A stretch of 64,000 nucleotides of DNA from the IMG/VR virus record IMGVR_UViG_3300015607_005478. One strand, given 5' to 3'. Shown one piece after another: positions 52,298 to 61,911 of this stretch; positions within the stretch are counted from its first letter, which is position 1, and each line of letters starts with the position of its first letter. Source of the stretch: an uncultured virus (IMG/VR IMGVR_UViG_3300015607_005478) (Duplodnaviria > Heunggongvirae > Uroviricota > Caudoviricetes). The notes beneath the pieces are model-generated. The model did no database searches, was not told the origin of the DNA, and saw nothing but the letters and a program-made list of their open reading frames with translations. Both the position numbers and the translations under genes were made by a program.

Positions 52298-53073
52298 TGG
52301 AGTTCAGCATCCCCGAACGTGTCGGCGATATGACGGGCTCCGCCTTCGCTGCGACCATCGAGCACATGGCCCCCGGTCTCGCTCGAGACCTTGCCATCTA
52401 TCAGCAGTTCGAGCTAGGCAACGTGCCCGCGTTCATGCGCGAGCCGAAGAAGCTCGAGGTCACTGTCGCTGACCGCGTCGTCGAGCTCGCCGTGCTTCCG
52501 GATGTTCTCTGCGTCGGCACGAATGAAGACTTCCTTCGTATTGTGCTCTTCCCGGAGACGCTGCAGAAGGTGGCCGATCTTTTCGGTGCATCGCTCATCA
52601 CACCGACCATCAGCGACCTGATCTGGAAGAGCGCCGACGTTGTGATCGATCCAACACGTGTGACCATGCCGCCGACGGTCGAGATGGTCACCACGAAGTG
52701 GTTCGTGGAGCAGAATGCGAAGATCGAGAAAGAGCGCGCAGGTCGTGAGGGCCTCATCGCCGGGCACAAGAAAGACATCGTCATCGCCAACTCGCTCGCG
52801 GACTATCCGCACGCCGTAGCGATCTACGGCTGGCATCAGCGCAGCGGCGTCCCCATTCAGGGTCTGAATCCGTCGCGCGGCATTCCCGCGAATCACGTCC
52901 ATGATCGGCATTACGTCGACTATTCACACGGCTGCCGCCTCATCGCAGAAACAGTGCTCGTGGACGGCCAGCCTTGGAGTTTCTCTGCCGTGGCACAGGA
53001 CGCTACGCTCTGCGCTGCCGTGAACGGTAAGTACGGCCCGCTCAACGTCTTCCGCTATCTCGTCGAGGAGTAG
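52294..53073 (+). CDS. Conserved-looking enzyme-like protein of unknown function in the lysis block
   Basis: LIAGHKKDIVI, VAIYGWH..G.PIQ, H...YVDYSHGCRLI. Confidence 0.7.
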   Translation: MMEFSIPERVGDMTGSAFAATIEHMAPGLARDLAIYQQFELGNVPAFMREPKKLEVTVADRVVELAVLPDVLCVGTNEDFLRIVLFPETLQKVADLFGASLITPTISDLIWKSADVVIDPTRVTMPPTVEMVTTKWFVEQNAKIEKERAGREGLIAGHKKDIVIANSLADYPHAVAIYGWHQRSGVPIQGLNPSRGIPANHVHDRHYVDYSHGCRLIAETVLVDGQPWSFSAVAQDATLCAAVNGKYGPLNVFRYLVEE

Positions 53074-53075
53074 TC

Positions 53076-53861
53076 ATGTCCGAGCTCGTGGTTCCTGTAA
53101 AGCGCACCGCCGTGACGATGGCGGACTACGTTCGTGCGGTCGTGCGCGGCTGGCCGAAGGTTGCCGGCGGCATTCCGAAAGAACAGTCGGTCGCGGTGCT
53201 CTACGCCCAGTACATGATCGAGACTGGCGGTGCGGCTTGCTGGAACTACAACTTGGGGAACGTGAAGCACATCAAAGGCGACGGGCACAACTACCATATG
53301 CTCGGCGGCGTCTGGGAAGGCGTTTCGCCCGCCGCGGCTGACCAGCTCATTCAGTCGGGGCAGGCTATCGAAGACACGAACGCGAACCACATCAAGGCCG
53401 TTGGGCCGAACCGCAAGAGTGTCATCTTTCAACCGCCGCATCCGGCCACGTTCTTCCGCGCCTTCGCTTCTCTAGACGAGGGCATGGAGGAGCATCTCCA
53501 GCTCCTCAGCAAGCGGTTCAGCAAGGCGTGGCCCGCCGTCCTCGACGGCGATTACGTGAGCTTTGCGGGCCTGCTGCGCTCGCAGGGCTACTTTACCGCG
53601 AGCGCCGAGGCGTACGCAGCGGGTATGAAGGCGCCGTTCGAGCGTCTGGTGGCGAGCTCGACGTACGAAGACCTCGTTGCAACGCTGGATGCGGAGCAGG
53701 AGCACACAGTCGTCGATGTCATCGCAGACGTCGATGCGACGCTTTGGGACCGCGACACCGAGCTCGAGAACCTCGTCACGCTCATGCATCAGGGCGCGAG
53801 CGAACAGATTCTCGACGGCCTGGCCGCGGATCGCGAACGCCGGCTTGCCGGCGATGACTGA
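53076..53861 (+). CDS. Endolysin, glucosaminidase/FlgJ (GH73)-like
   Basis: AQYMIETGG..WNYNLGNVK...FRAFASLDEG...L...GYFTA..AY. Confidence 0.75.
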   Translation: MSELVVPVKRTAVTMADYVRAVVRGWPKVAGGIPKEQSVAVLYAQYMIETGGAACWNYNLGNVKHIKGDGHNYHMLGGVWEGVSPAAADQLIQSGQAIEDTNANHIKAVGPNRKSVIFQPPHPATFFRAFASLDEGMEEHLQLLSKRFSKAWPAVLDGDYVSFAGLLRSQGYFTASAEAYAAGMKAPFERLVASSTYEDLVATLDAEQEHTVVDVIADVDATLWDRDTELENLVTLMHQGASEQILDGLAADRERRLAGDD

Positions 53862-53936
53862 AAACGAGTAGCTTGAAAAGTCCGGGGTGTGTGCGGGATA
53901 AGCGCTTTGCGCGTCCCAACGCGCCACGGAGGAATC

Positions 53937-54821
53937 ATGCAGAAGAACGTCACGATTCTTCGGGGCGACCCCACGGTCATCCCGATTGCGCATATGGCCC
54001 TCTCTCCGCTCGGCATCGAGCAGATGATGGATTGGGTCGAGGAACACCGTCCTGAATGCCTGCCCGAGCGCGAAGAGAGCCAGCACAAGAACTGGCAGCA
54101 GCTGTTCCCGCACAACCTGCAGGAAGGCGACCGTCCGCTCACGGCGAACGAGCTCCTCGTCGAGCTCGCCGGCCGTAAGTGCTACGACAGCTTCGGGCTG
54201 AAGGCAGGCAAGAAGTCGAACGCCGAGTACATCGCGCACACGCAGAGCGGCGACATCCCCCACGCCAGCATTCTCTATCACGCAAAGATCACGTTCTTCT
54301 TCGCCGGCATCTCTCGTCGCGTCAGCCACGAAATCATTCGCAACTACGTCGGCGCGGACCGCGATGAGGAAGGCGCGCCCTCGCAGGAGTCGACGCGCTT
54401 CACGCATCACTACGGCTTCTTCATCGAGCCACCGAAGTACTCCACGCCCCGTGAGATGTTCAATGATGCGGGCTACATGACGCGCATGCAGAGTGTCTTC
54501 AAGAACTCGATGCAGACCGCATACAACAACTATCTGCAGGCCGTCACCGAGGAATGTGAGCAGTTCGCGATCATCCACAAGCGCAATCCGACACAGCTCG
54601 ACAGGAAGCGTATCTACGAGGCCGCCTCTAGCTTCCTTCCGCATCAGGCCGAGACCTCGTTCATCTGGACGACGAACCCCGCCGCCATCGCCAAGCTCGT
54701 GCGCGAGCGCGCGAACGTTCACGCCGACCTCGAGATTCAACGCTTTGCACGCAAGCTTCGTTCGGTAGCCGTTGCTGGCTGGCCGAACTTGTTCCCTCAA
54801 TCTTTCATGCGCGAGGAGTGA
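53937..54821 (+). CDS. thyX: Flavin-dependent thymidylate synthase-like protein (divergent)
   Basis: ELAGRKCYDSF, HASILYHA..TF...ISRRVSHEIIR, SQESTRF, LP...ET..IWTTN, R....ADLEIQRFA. Confidence 0.85.
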   Translation: MQKNVTILRGDPTVIPIAHMALSPLGIEQMMDWVEEHRPECLPEREESQHKNWQQLFPHNLQEGDRPLTANELLVELAGRKCYDSFGLKAGKKSNAEYIAHTQSGDIPHASILYHAKITFFFAGISRRVSHEIIRNYVGADRDEEGAPSQESTRFTHHYGFFIEPPKYSTPREMFNDAGYMTRMQSVFKNSMQTAYNNYLQAVTEECEQFAIIHKRNPTQLDRKRIYEAASSFLPHQAETSFIWTTNPAAIAKLVRERANVHADLEIQRFARKLRSVAVAGWPNLFPQSFMREE

Positions 54822-55518
54822 CGACCATGCAGAACGGGCAGTCGAAAGCGAAGATGAATGGGCATGGTGGTCCGGCAAAGCCGGCACCAGCAGGCAAACA
54901 GAAGGCAGCACCCAGCGCTCCAGCGCCGGGGCCATTCACCTTCGTCGACGAGCTTCCGGGGAAGATTCGCTCGCTCGTACAGGGTGCCGTAGAAGCCGTG
55001 CAGAACGACGCCAAGAAGAACAACGACCAGCGATATCTCGATGGTATGCGCCGAGGCGCCTTCCTTATCGGCCTTGCTGTGTCGACGCTCGATGGCGAAG
55101 CGAAGACACGTGTGGCTGGCGCCCTCGAGCAGCTCGAGAATGAGCTGAACGAGGAGACGAAGAAGCTCCGCCAGGCTCACAAATGATTCGCGGCAATCCG
55201 AAGTTCGACAGCCTCGCTGTTGGCGAGATCACCGGCAGCTTCCTTGGCCCAACTGTCACGCTCGAAGCGAAGGCTGCCTTCGCCAACTCGAAGACCGGCG
55301 ACACGCATGGCTGGACGAAGAACACGCAGTGGTCGCCGCCCGTCATCGAAAAGCTTCGCGAGCTTCGCGCTCTCATGGAGATTGACCTCGGCCGCATTCA
55401 TCTCGAGGATGGCGGCGAGGTCATCGTGGCTCCCACGAACGTCGGCACCAGAAGCGGGTTGGGCGGCGGCGGTGGGCTAGGAGAGCACCTCGGCGACGGT
55501 TCTGTTCCATCCGTCTAG
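54818..55518 (+). CDS. Two coupled hypothetical genes (54818-55186, 55183-55518)
   Basis: ORFs coupled to thyX and to each other. Confidence 0.6.
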
Positions 55519-55708
55519 CACCATTCCTTGTGGGCCTTCGCGTCCGCGCCTACTACAGCTCGTAGCTGCGAAAAAGCACGTCGGATTCGTTGACGCGGGC
55601 CTCGCAAACGGCTCATGTTGACGGTCCGGCGTGCGGGCGCCGAATAAACTCTAGCCGCGGATCGGCATAAGGGGTCTGCCATGCCCGCTCGTTCCCCATG
55701 GAGGTGGA

Positions 55709-57118
55709 ATGTCTTATCAGTTGGCCCTCTGTGCTCGCGTCATCAAGACCGGAGACATCGCGCCGGTTCTTTCGTGGGGCATCACGCCCGACGACTTCAC
55801 GCTCGAGGACGCCAGAAACCTCTGGGGTCTTCTTCTAAGCTATTACACCCAGCCCGAAACGCAGGGCTCCGTTCTTGCCAATGAGGTGCTCGAGCGTTGG
55901 TTCAAGAACTGGACGGCACACGGCGATATGCCGGGCATGCAGACGGAGACGCTCTGTTACGAGGTTCGTCGCGAGCGCATCTGCGCTGAAGCAAATGCTG
56001 CCGCGGTCAAGTTCACGCAAGAGATTGCGATCGGAACGCAGAACCCGGCGAGCTCGCTCTCCTGGTTTCACTCCGACATCACACGCCTCATCGCGCTAGG
56101 CACCGCAAAGAAAACGGACATGTCCGCGAAGCAGGGCCTCGCGAGTGTTCGCAAGCAGCTGGAGCAGAAGAAGGCTGGCATCGACTTCTCCGTCATGAAG
56201 TGGCCGTGGGAGTGCCTCAATGAGGCGACCTTCGGTGTTCAGCCCGACGACTACATTGTTTTCTACGGTCGCCCGAAGTCGATGAAGACTTGGGTGCTTT
56301 CCGCACTCATTGCCTGGGCATTCGAGACGGAGACGAAGGCGCTCATCTACACGAAAGAGATGACCGCCGACAACATCTACAACCGCGCGTTCGCGTGTGT
56401 GATGCGGCTCATCTACGACGAGCTTCGCGGAGGAACGACGAGCGCACAGGACGACGCGCGGCTCGCCAAGCTCGCTCAGATGATGGAGAACGACGCCACG
56501 CTGGCAAACATGCTCACCGTGCTCAGCGGTAAGGATGTTCCTCCGGGTGGCGACACCGTGCAATGGCTTCAGGGCAAGGTCAATGAGTACAAGCCCAAGG
56601 TCCTCTTCGTTGACGGTTTGTATCTCCTGAGCCCGCACTTCAAGTGGAAGAGCGATGAGGAGCGGGTACGCGGTATCTCACGCGCACTTCGTCAGATGGT
56701 CCTCGACACGGGCGTGCCTGCTATTGCGACGATGCAAGCCAACCGAAAAGCGTCGCAGCATAGTCAGGCCAACCTCGACGAAATCGCCTACTCCGATGCG
56801 CTCTCGCAGGACTGCACCATCGCTGCACGCGTCATCAACGACAAGGCTTCGCCGACCATCAGCATCGTCATCGGCGGCAGTCGCGAGTTCAAGCTACACG
56901 GCTTCCGTATTCATGGCGTCCCCGCGCGCGACTTCAGCTTTCACTCCAAGCTGCAGGAGTCCGACATCATGAAGGCTAAGGAAGAGGACCAGAACGAAGC
57001 AGAGGAGAAGACTCCGAAAAAGAAGAAGAAGGCTGCCAACGGGCACGCTGAGCACGAGGTCTCGATGCAGGCGCGGCTGCAGCAACACTTCAACGCCCAA
57101 AACCCAGGCCCCCAGTGA
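55709..57118 (+). CDS. DnaB-like (SF4) replicative helicase
   Basis: Walker A-like YGRPKSMKTW, YTKEM, LFVDGLYL, ISRALRQ, TMQANR, IAYSDALSQD. Confidence 0.88.
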   Translation: MSYQLALCARVIKTGDIAPVLSWGITPDDFTLEDARNLWGLLLSYYTQPETQGSVLANEVLERWFKNWTAHGDMPGMQTETLCYEVRRERICAEANAAAVKFTQEIAIGTQNPASSLSWFHSDITRLIALGTAKKTDMSAKQGLASVRKQLEQKKAGIDFSVMKWPWECLNEATFGVQPDDYIVFYGRPKSMKTWVLSALIAWAFETETKALIYTKEMTADNIYNRAFACVMRLIYDELRGGTTSAQDDARLAKLAQMMENDATLANMLTVLSGKDVPPGGDTVQWLQGKVNEYKPKVLFVDGLYLLSPHFKWKSDEERVRGISRALRQMVLDTGVPAIATMQANRKASQHSQANLDEIAYSDALSQDCTIAARVINDKASPTISIVIGGSREFKLHGFRIHGVPARDFSFHSKLQESDIMKAKEEDQNEAEEKTPKKKKKAANGHAEHEVSMQARLQQHFNAQNPGPQ

Positions 57119-58107
57119 GCTCTATTCGCGACATCGCAGACAGTCATCTGCGCAAGGTTCGCCCTACGGGCAACCAAGATGTGATGGCGATCTGCCCGTT
57201 CCACACAAAGGCGGACGGCACGGAAGAGCGACATCCATCGTTCGCGATGAACGTTTACAACGGGCTCTGGTACTGCCACTCGTGCCATGCACGCGGTAAT
57301 CTCTACACGTTCCTTCGCGACGTCGGTGTCCCCCACGCAGAGATTCAGTTCCGTTATCAGGGGCTCATCGACGAAGCTGAAAAGCACGCACCGCCTCGAC
57401 CTGACCCACTCGATCCCATCGAGCCAACGAAGGAGCCGCTCGAGGAGAGCTTCCTTGGCCTCTTCGATCTCTGTCCAACATCGCTCGTTGAGGAAGACCA
57501 CTACCCCCCGGAGCTACTTCGTCAGTTCGACGTCGGCTTCGACGTGAAGCACAATCGAATCACGTTTCCTTTGCGCGATCGGCGCGGGCGCCTTGTTGGC
57601 ATCAGTGGCCGAAGCGTCATCCCGAATGCCCGTCCGCGGTACAAGGTCTACGACAAAGAGTACCTTGCCTTCGGCCTTGCTGAACGTGCCACGGATAAGC
57701 GTGCCATTCTCTGGAACATCCACAACATCTACACGCAATTCAGCTTCGAGCAGGACCCCGGACAGAAGTTCGTGGTGGTGTGCGAGGGCTTCAAGGCCGT
57801 CATGCGTGTCGCGCAAGCCGGCATCCCAAGCGTGGTTGGACTCCTCGGTTCTTACATGTCCGTTGAGCAAGAGCTGATGCTCTGCCAGCTCGGTTGCCCG
57901 ATTCTTCTCATGCTCGACAACAATCAGGCAGGTCGCCTCGGCCAACGAGACGCCGGCGACCGCTTATTGAAACGAACACCGCGCGTTTGGGCAGTAGACT
58001 ACAACGCGGATCAACCTTCTGACCTTGACCCTTCGCTTATTCCAGGCGAGCTCCTTCGGGCGCAACCATACGCGACCTGGTCCATCCGCAACCCCATCCA
58101 ATACTGA
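57115..58107 (+). CDS. DNA primase (CHC2 zinc finger plus Toprim)
   Basis: CPFH...PSF...WYCHSC; RITFP..GISGR; VVCEGFKA; LDNNQAG. Confidence 0.9.
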   Translation: MSSIRDIADSHLRKVRPTGNQDVMAICPFHTKADGTEERHPSFAMNVYNGLWYCHSCHARGNLYTFLRDVGVPHAEIQFRYQGLIDEAEKHAPPRPDPLDPIEPTKEPLEESFLGLFDLCPTSLVEEDHYPPELLRQFDVGFDVKHNRITFPLRDRRGRLVGISGRSVIPNARPRYKVYDKEYLAFGLAERATDKRAILWNIHNIYTQFSFEQDPGQKFVVVCEGFKAVMRVAQAGIPSVVGLLGSYMSVEQELMLCQLGCPILLMLDNNQAGRLGQRDAGDRLLKRTPRVWAVDYNADQPSDLDPSLIPGELLRAQPYATWSIRNPIQY

Positions 58108-58115
58108 GGATCCTC

Positions 58116-59480
58116 ATGGCATTCGGCAAAGACTCGAAAGTGATCGCGGCGGTCGGCTCCTTCCGCCAGGTGAGCAGTCAATTCACGAAGAATCAGGTCG
58201 GCAAGAAGAAAGGAGGAAGCGGCGTTCCCTACTTCGTCGACCAGTTCGAGCTCCCGACGGAGCTGACGGCGGTGCGGCTCATCCCGGGCCAGTACCTGCA
58301 GGATCAGGTCATCGGTGATGAAGAAACAGATCCGGAGAACCTGCAGGTCCAGCAGATCCTCATGCCGTTCATCAAATTCGTGGACCACTACGACGGCCAC
58401 AACAAGCGCGGCGCCATCTGCAGCGCCGGCCCGCTCGGCAATGTGAAGACGCGGCGCGAGCCGTGTCGCGGATGCGACATCTTCTGGGCAACGGTTCACC
58501 GCAACCAGAATGGTCGGCTCGAGTCCTCGCGTATGAGTCGCCAGAACAAGTACGCGTTCACCATCTTCGACTACAGCCCGTATCACAAGGTTCCTCAGTA
58601 CGACCGTGACAACGGCCAGATTCGGAAGAACGCGCAGGGCGAGGCGTACTTCAACTGGATCCGCTGCTTCGGTCAGGGTTGCGACATGTGCCGCAACCAG
58701 AACGAGTGGAAGCAGGGACACTGCACGCACTTCAACACGAGCTACACCGGCCTCCAGACCATCCGCGGCGCCGAGGCTGACATCGGCAAGTCCTGCGTCG
58801 TGTGCGGTCACGAGAACTGCATCATCAGCCGCGGCTGGATGTGCGGCGGCTGTGGCGCTGAAGTGATCGACATGTCGAACACGACGCTCAAGACCGACGA
58901 GATCCTCAAGATCACCGATGACCCGTACGGCTGCGGCCAGTGCGGGCAGAAGGTGCTTCTCAAGGAGGTCTACGCCTGCGGGCCGTGTACGCAGCAAGGC
59001 CGCCAGGGCATCCGCGCCGGCCTCTTCGACGTCGACTTGAAGATCAAGGGCGTGCCCAGCACAACCGGCAAAGGCAAGACGCTCAACATCATGGGCTGGT
59101 CGGCGCCGTACAAGCTCTCCCCTGAGATGCTCGCGCTCGCGCAGCCCATCGATCTGGTCGCCCGTTACGCGCCCATGCCGTTCGAGGCGCAGGTGCAGCT
59201 CTTCGGCGAGGTCCCCAACCAAGGCGGGCGTCAGCCGCAGAATAACGGCCAGCAGCACATGCCGCCTGGCGCTCCCCAGAACGGCTTCCAGCCCCCGCCC
59301 CAAGGCTTCGTCCCGCCGATGCAGCAGGGCTTCCAGCCCCCGCCCGGCGGGTTTGCGCAGCCACAGGGCGGCTTTGCTCCGTCTCCGCAGGGCTTCCAGC
59401 CCCCTCCGCAGCAGCCGGCGCCGCAGGCCCCGGCTCCGGTGAGTAACCCGTACGCGAATCCTTACGCGCCGCGCACCTGA
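58116..59480 (+). CDS. Putative ssDNA-binding protein with multiple CxxC motifs and a Gln/Pro-rich tail
   Basis: Lies between primase and polymerase; VRLIPG..., H...ICS...CRGC; QGFQPPP repeats. Confidence 0.55.
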   Translation: MAFGKDSKVIAAVGSFRQVSSQFTKNQVGKKKGGSGVPYFVDQFELPTELTAVRLIPGQYLQDQVIGDEETDPENLQVQQILMPFIKFVDHYDGHNKRGAICSAGPLGNVKTRREPCRGCDIFWATVHRNQNGRLESSRMSRQNKYAFTIFDYSPYHKVPQYDRDNGQIRKNAQGEAYFNWIRCFGQGCDMCRNQNEWKQGHCTHFNTSYTGLQTIRGAEADIGKSCVVCGHENCIISRGWMCGGCGAEVIDMSNTTLKTDEILKITDDPYGCGQCGQKVLLKEVYACGPCTQQGRQGIRAGLFDVDLKIKGVPSTTGKGKTLNIMGWSAPYKLSPEMLALAQPIDLVARYAPMPFEAQVQLFGEVPNQGGRQPQNNGQQHMPPGAPQNGFQPPPQGFVPPMQQGFQPPPGGFAQPQGGFAPSPQGFQPPPQQPAPQAPAPVSNPYANPYAPRT

Positions 59481-59487
59481 CAAAAGT

Positions 59488-59523
59488 GAGCAGCCCACCT
59501 CTGGTGGAAGAGGTGGGCTGCTC
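59488..59523. terminator. Perfect 15-bp-stem hairpin
   Basis: GAGCAGCCCACCTCT-GGTGGA-AGAGGTGGGCTGCTC. Confidence 0.7.
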
Positions 59524-59541
59524 TAGTTGCCGGAGAGACCG

Positions 59542-61593
59542 ATGCCCTGGAATATCGAACTACCTGACGCCTCTTATTATACGCGCGAGGATTCGCGGCT
59601 GGAAGCGCTCGTCAATGAGGTGTGCGACCAGGATGTTGTTGCCATCGATACCGAAACAACTGGTCTGAAGATCTGGAAGGACCAGCCGCTCTTTTGGTCT
59701 CTTGCCTGGGGTGCCCATCGTCGCGTGTGCATGCCCATCGACACGCTCTTCGCGTTCAAGGACGCGTTTCGTGACGCAGGCAAGCGTTGGGTCTTCGCGA
59801 ATGCGAAGTTCGACATGCACATGCTCGCGAACGTCGGCATCGAGTTCGCGGGTGACTGCGTCGACACCGCGGTCATGCATGCCCTCCTCTACGAGGAGGA
59901 ATCGCACGCGCTCAAGGACATGGCAAAGAAGGTCCTCGGCTGGCGCTGGACGGACTTCTTCGACACCTTCAAGGCGCTCATGGTGCCGGACAACACCAAG
60001 GAGCCGAAGAAGCTGAAGAGCGGCATGCTCTCTCAGCCCACGCGCAAAGAGACCATCCAAGAGATGCTCCTTCGGTGTCACCGAGAGAACCTGCCCCTCT
60101 TGGTCGACTACGCCTCCAACGATGCGTACGGCACCCTGCGCATCTACGAGAAGCTTCTCGAAGAGCTCCGGCGCACGAACATCTACTCGCTGTACCCCGA
60201 GTGGCTGCCCAACATGGAGCACCTCTTCTTCAAGACCGAGGTGCCGTTCACGAAGGTTCTGTACACCTGCGAGCGGAACGGCATCTACGTCGACCGCCCG
60301 TATCTCCAGAACCTCCGCGGCCCCATGTGGGACGAGCACGAGAAGCTTCGCCGGGAGATGGTCCGTCTTACGGGCGACCCGAACTTCAACCCGAACAGCA
60401 CCGAGCAGCTCCGCGACTGGTTCATCAAGCACGAGGGGTTGAAGCCGCTGATGATGACCAAGGGCGGCAAGAGCGGCATCAAGCTCCCGTCCATCGACAA
60501 GGGCTTCCTCGAGCACTACGAGCACGAGAGCGAGATGGCGGGGTATCTCCTCCGCGACCGTAAGCTCACGAAGCTGATCGGCACGTACATCGACGGCGCG
60601 GACGAACACCTCGACTACAACTCGCGGATTCATACCCGCTTCAATCAGGACGTCGCACGCACCGGTCGCCTTTCCAGCTCCGACCCCAACCTCCAGAACA
60701 TTCCCCAGCCGGACAAGGACAAGTTCCAGCTACGCGGCGCGTTCCAGGCCCAGCCCGGCCAGGGTACGGAGCTCATCGTCGGTGACTACAGCCAGCTCGA
60801 GATGCGCCTCCTGGCCTGCGCCACGGCGACGGATAAGAACCCTGAGGGCGCGCGGGAGATGATCCAGATCTTCCTCGACGGCAAAGACATCCACATGGGC
60901 AACGCCGAGAAGGTGTTCGGTCCCATCATCAAACGTGAGCAGGGCTGGGACCTCACGTACGACTTCTTGAAGGAAGCGAAGAAGATCGACTCGGCGGTGA
61001 AAGAGGGGAAGTTGCCCCCGGAAGCGCGGACGGCGCGGCACGCCCTCGCCATGGAAAAACGTAATCATATCAAGAGTGTGGGCTTCGGTTTGAATTACGG
61101 TATGAAGGAGGGCAAGCTCGCTCGCTCCCTCGGCATCACGAAGGCCGAGGCGCTCGACATCATCGAGGCCTACTTCAAGACGTACCCCGCGGTGCAAGGC
61201 TTCTACGCCGAGGCCATCGCCGAGACCGAGGCGACCGGCTTCTCTTTCACGCTGCTCGGCCGCCGGCGCTTCCATCCGGCCATCGAGTCACCCAACAAGT
61301 TGGACCGCTGGTCGGAACAACGGAAGTGCGTGAACAACCAGATCCAGGGTACCGCGGCAGACGCCGTGCGCCTCTCGATGATCAACATCTGGAAGGCGGG
61401 CTTCGACAAGAAGTACGGCTGCCGGATGCTCTTGCAGGTGCACGACGAGCTGATCTTCGAGTGCCCGAAGGAGACGGCGCAGGAGGCGAAGGCGGAGATT
61501 CAGGCAATGATGGAGCATCCGTTTCCGACGGACTTGCTCGTGCCGCTCGACGTCTCTATTGCAACGGGTCCCGCCTGGAACAAGGCGCACTAG
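59542..61593 (+). CDS. polA: Family A DNA polymerase with 3'-5' exonuclease
   Basis: AIDTETTG, NAKFD, YASND; TGRLSSSDPNLQNIP, DYSQLEMR, KSVGFGLNYG, IQGTAAD, LQVHDEL. Confidence 0.96.
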   Translation: MPWNIELPDASYYTREDSRLEALVNEVCDQDVVAIDTETTGLKIWKDQPLFWSLAWGAHRRVCMPIDTLFAFKDAFRDAGKRWVFANAKFDMHMLANVGIEFAGDCVDTAVMHALLYEEESHALKDMAKKVLGWRWTDFFDTFKALMVPDNTKEPKKLKSGMLSQPTRKETIQEMLLRCHRENLPLLVDYASNDAYGTLRIYEKLLEELRRTNIYSLYPEWLPNMEHLFFKTEVPFTKVLYTCERNGIYVDRPYLQNLRGPMWDEHEKLRREMVRLTGDPNFNPNSTEQLRDWFIKHEGLKPLMMTKGGKSGIKLPSIDKGFLEHYEHESEMAGYLLRDRKLTKLIGTYIDGADEHLDYNSRIHTRFNQDVARTGRLSSSDPNLQNIPQPDKDKFQLRGAFQAQPGQGTELIVGDYSQLEMRLLACATATDKNPEGAREMIQIFLDGKDIHMGNAEKVFGPIIKREQGWDLTYDFLKEAKKIDSAVKEGKLPPEARTARHALAMEKRNHIKSVGFGLNYGMKEGKLARSLGITKAEALDIIEAYFKTYPAVQGFYAEAIAETEATGFSFTLLGRRRFHPAIESPNKLDRWSEQRKCVNNQIQGTAADAVRLSMINIWKAGFDKKYGCRMLLQVHDELIFECPKETAQEAKAEIQAMMEHPFPTDLLVPLDVSIATGPAWNKAH

Positions 61594-61602
61594 GAGGTAA
61601 CG

Positions 61603-61911
61603 ATGGGCACGATTCGTTTGGAAAACCAGAACGCGCGTCAGCATTGCACGGAACATCCGGGCGCTCCGCTGACGCCCGTTGGCGCGGACAAGGATGGCAC
61701 CCCCAAGGTGTACTGCTACGAGTGCGGGAAGGAGCTTCGGCTCTGCAACGCGCTCCTCGAAGCGAAGGATGTAAGATGCATTCTGCTAGAGGGACACAGC
61801 GAGGAGGAGCACGGACAAGGCGTCCTGCGATGGAAGTTCTCAACCGACGTGCTCTCAACCAGCGCGTCGCCGAGCTCCTCGGAATCCCCGCCCGAGACGT
61901 CGCCGACGTAA
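61603..61911 (+). CDS. Cys/His-rich hypothetical protein
   Basis: AGGAGGT RBS; CTEH, CYEC, CILLEGHSEEEH. Confidence 0.55.
   Translation: MGTIRLENQNARQHCTEHPGAPLTPVGADKDGTPKVYCYECGKELRLCNALLEAKDVRCILLEGHSEEEHGQGVLRWKFSTDVLSTSASPSSSESPPETSPT

Noticed and set aside
61326..61829. N-terminal extension of the HU-like ORF
   Set aside because: It overlaps polA and the 61603 gene in another frame; HU similarity starts at ATG 61830.
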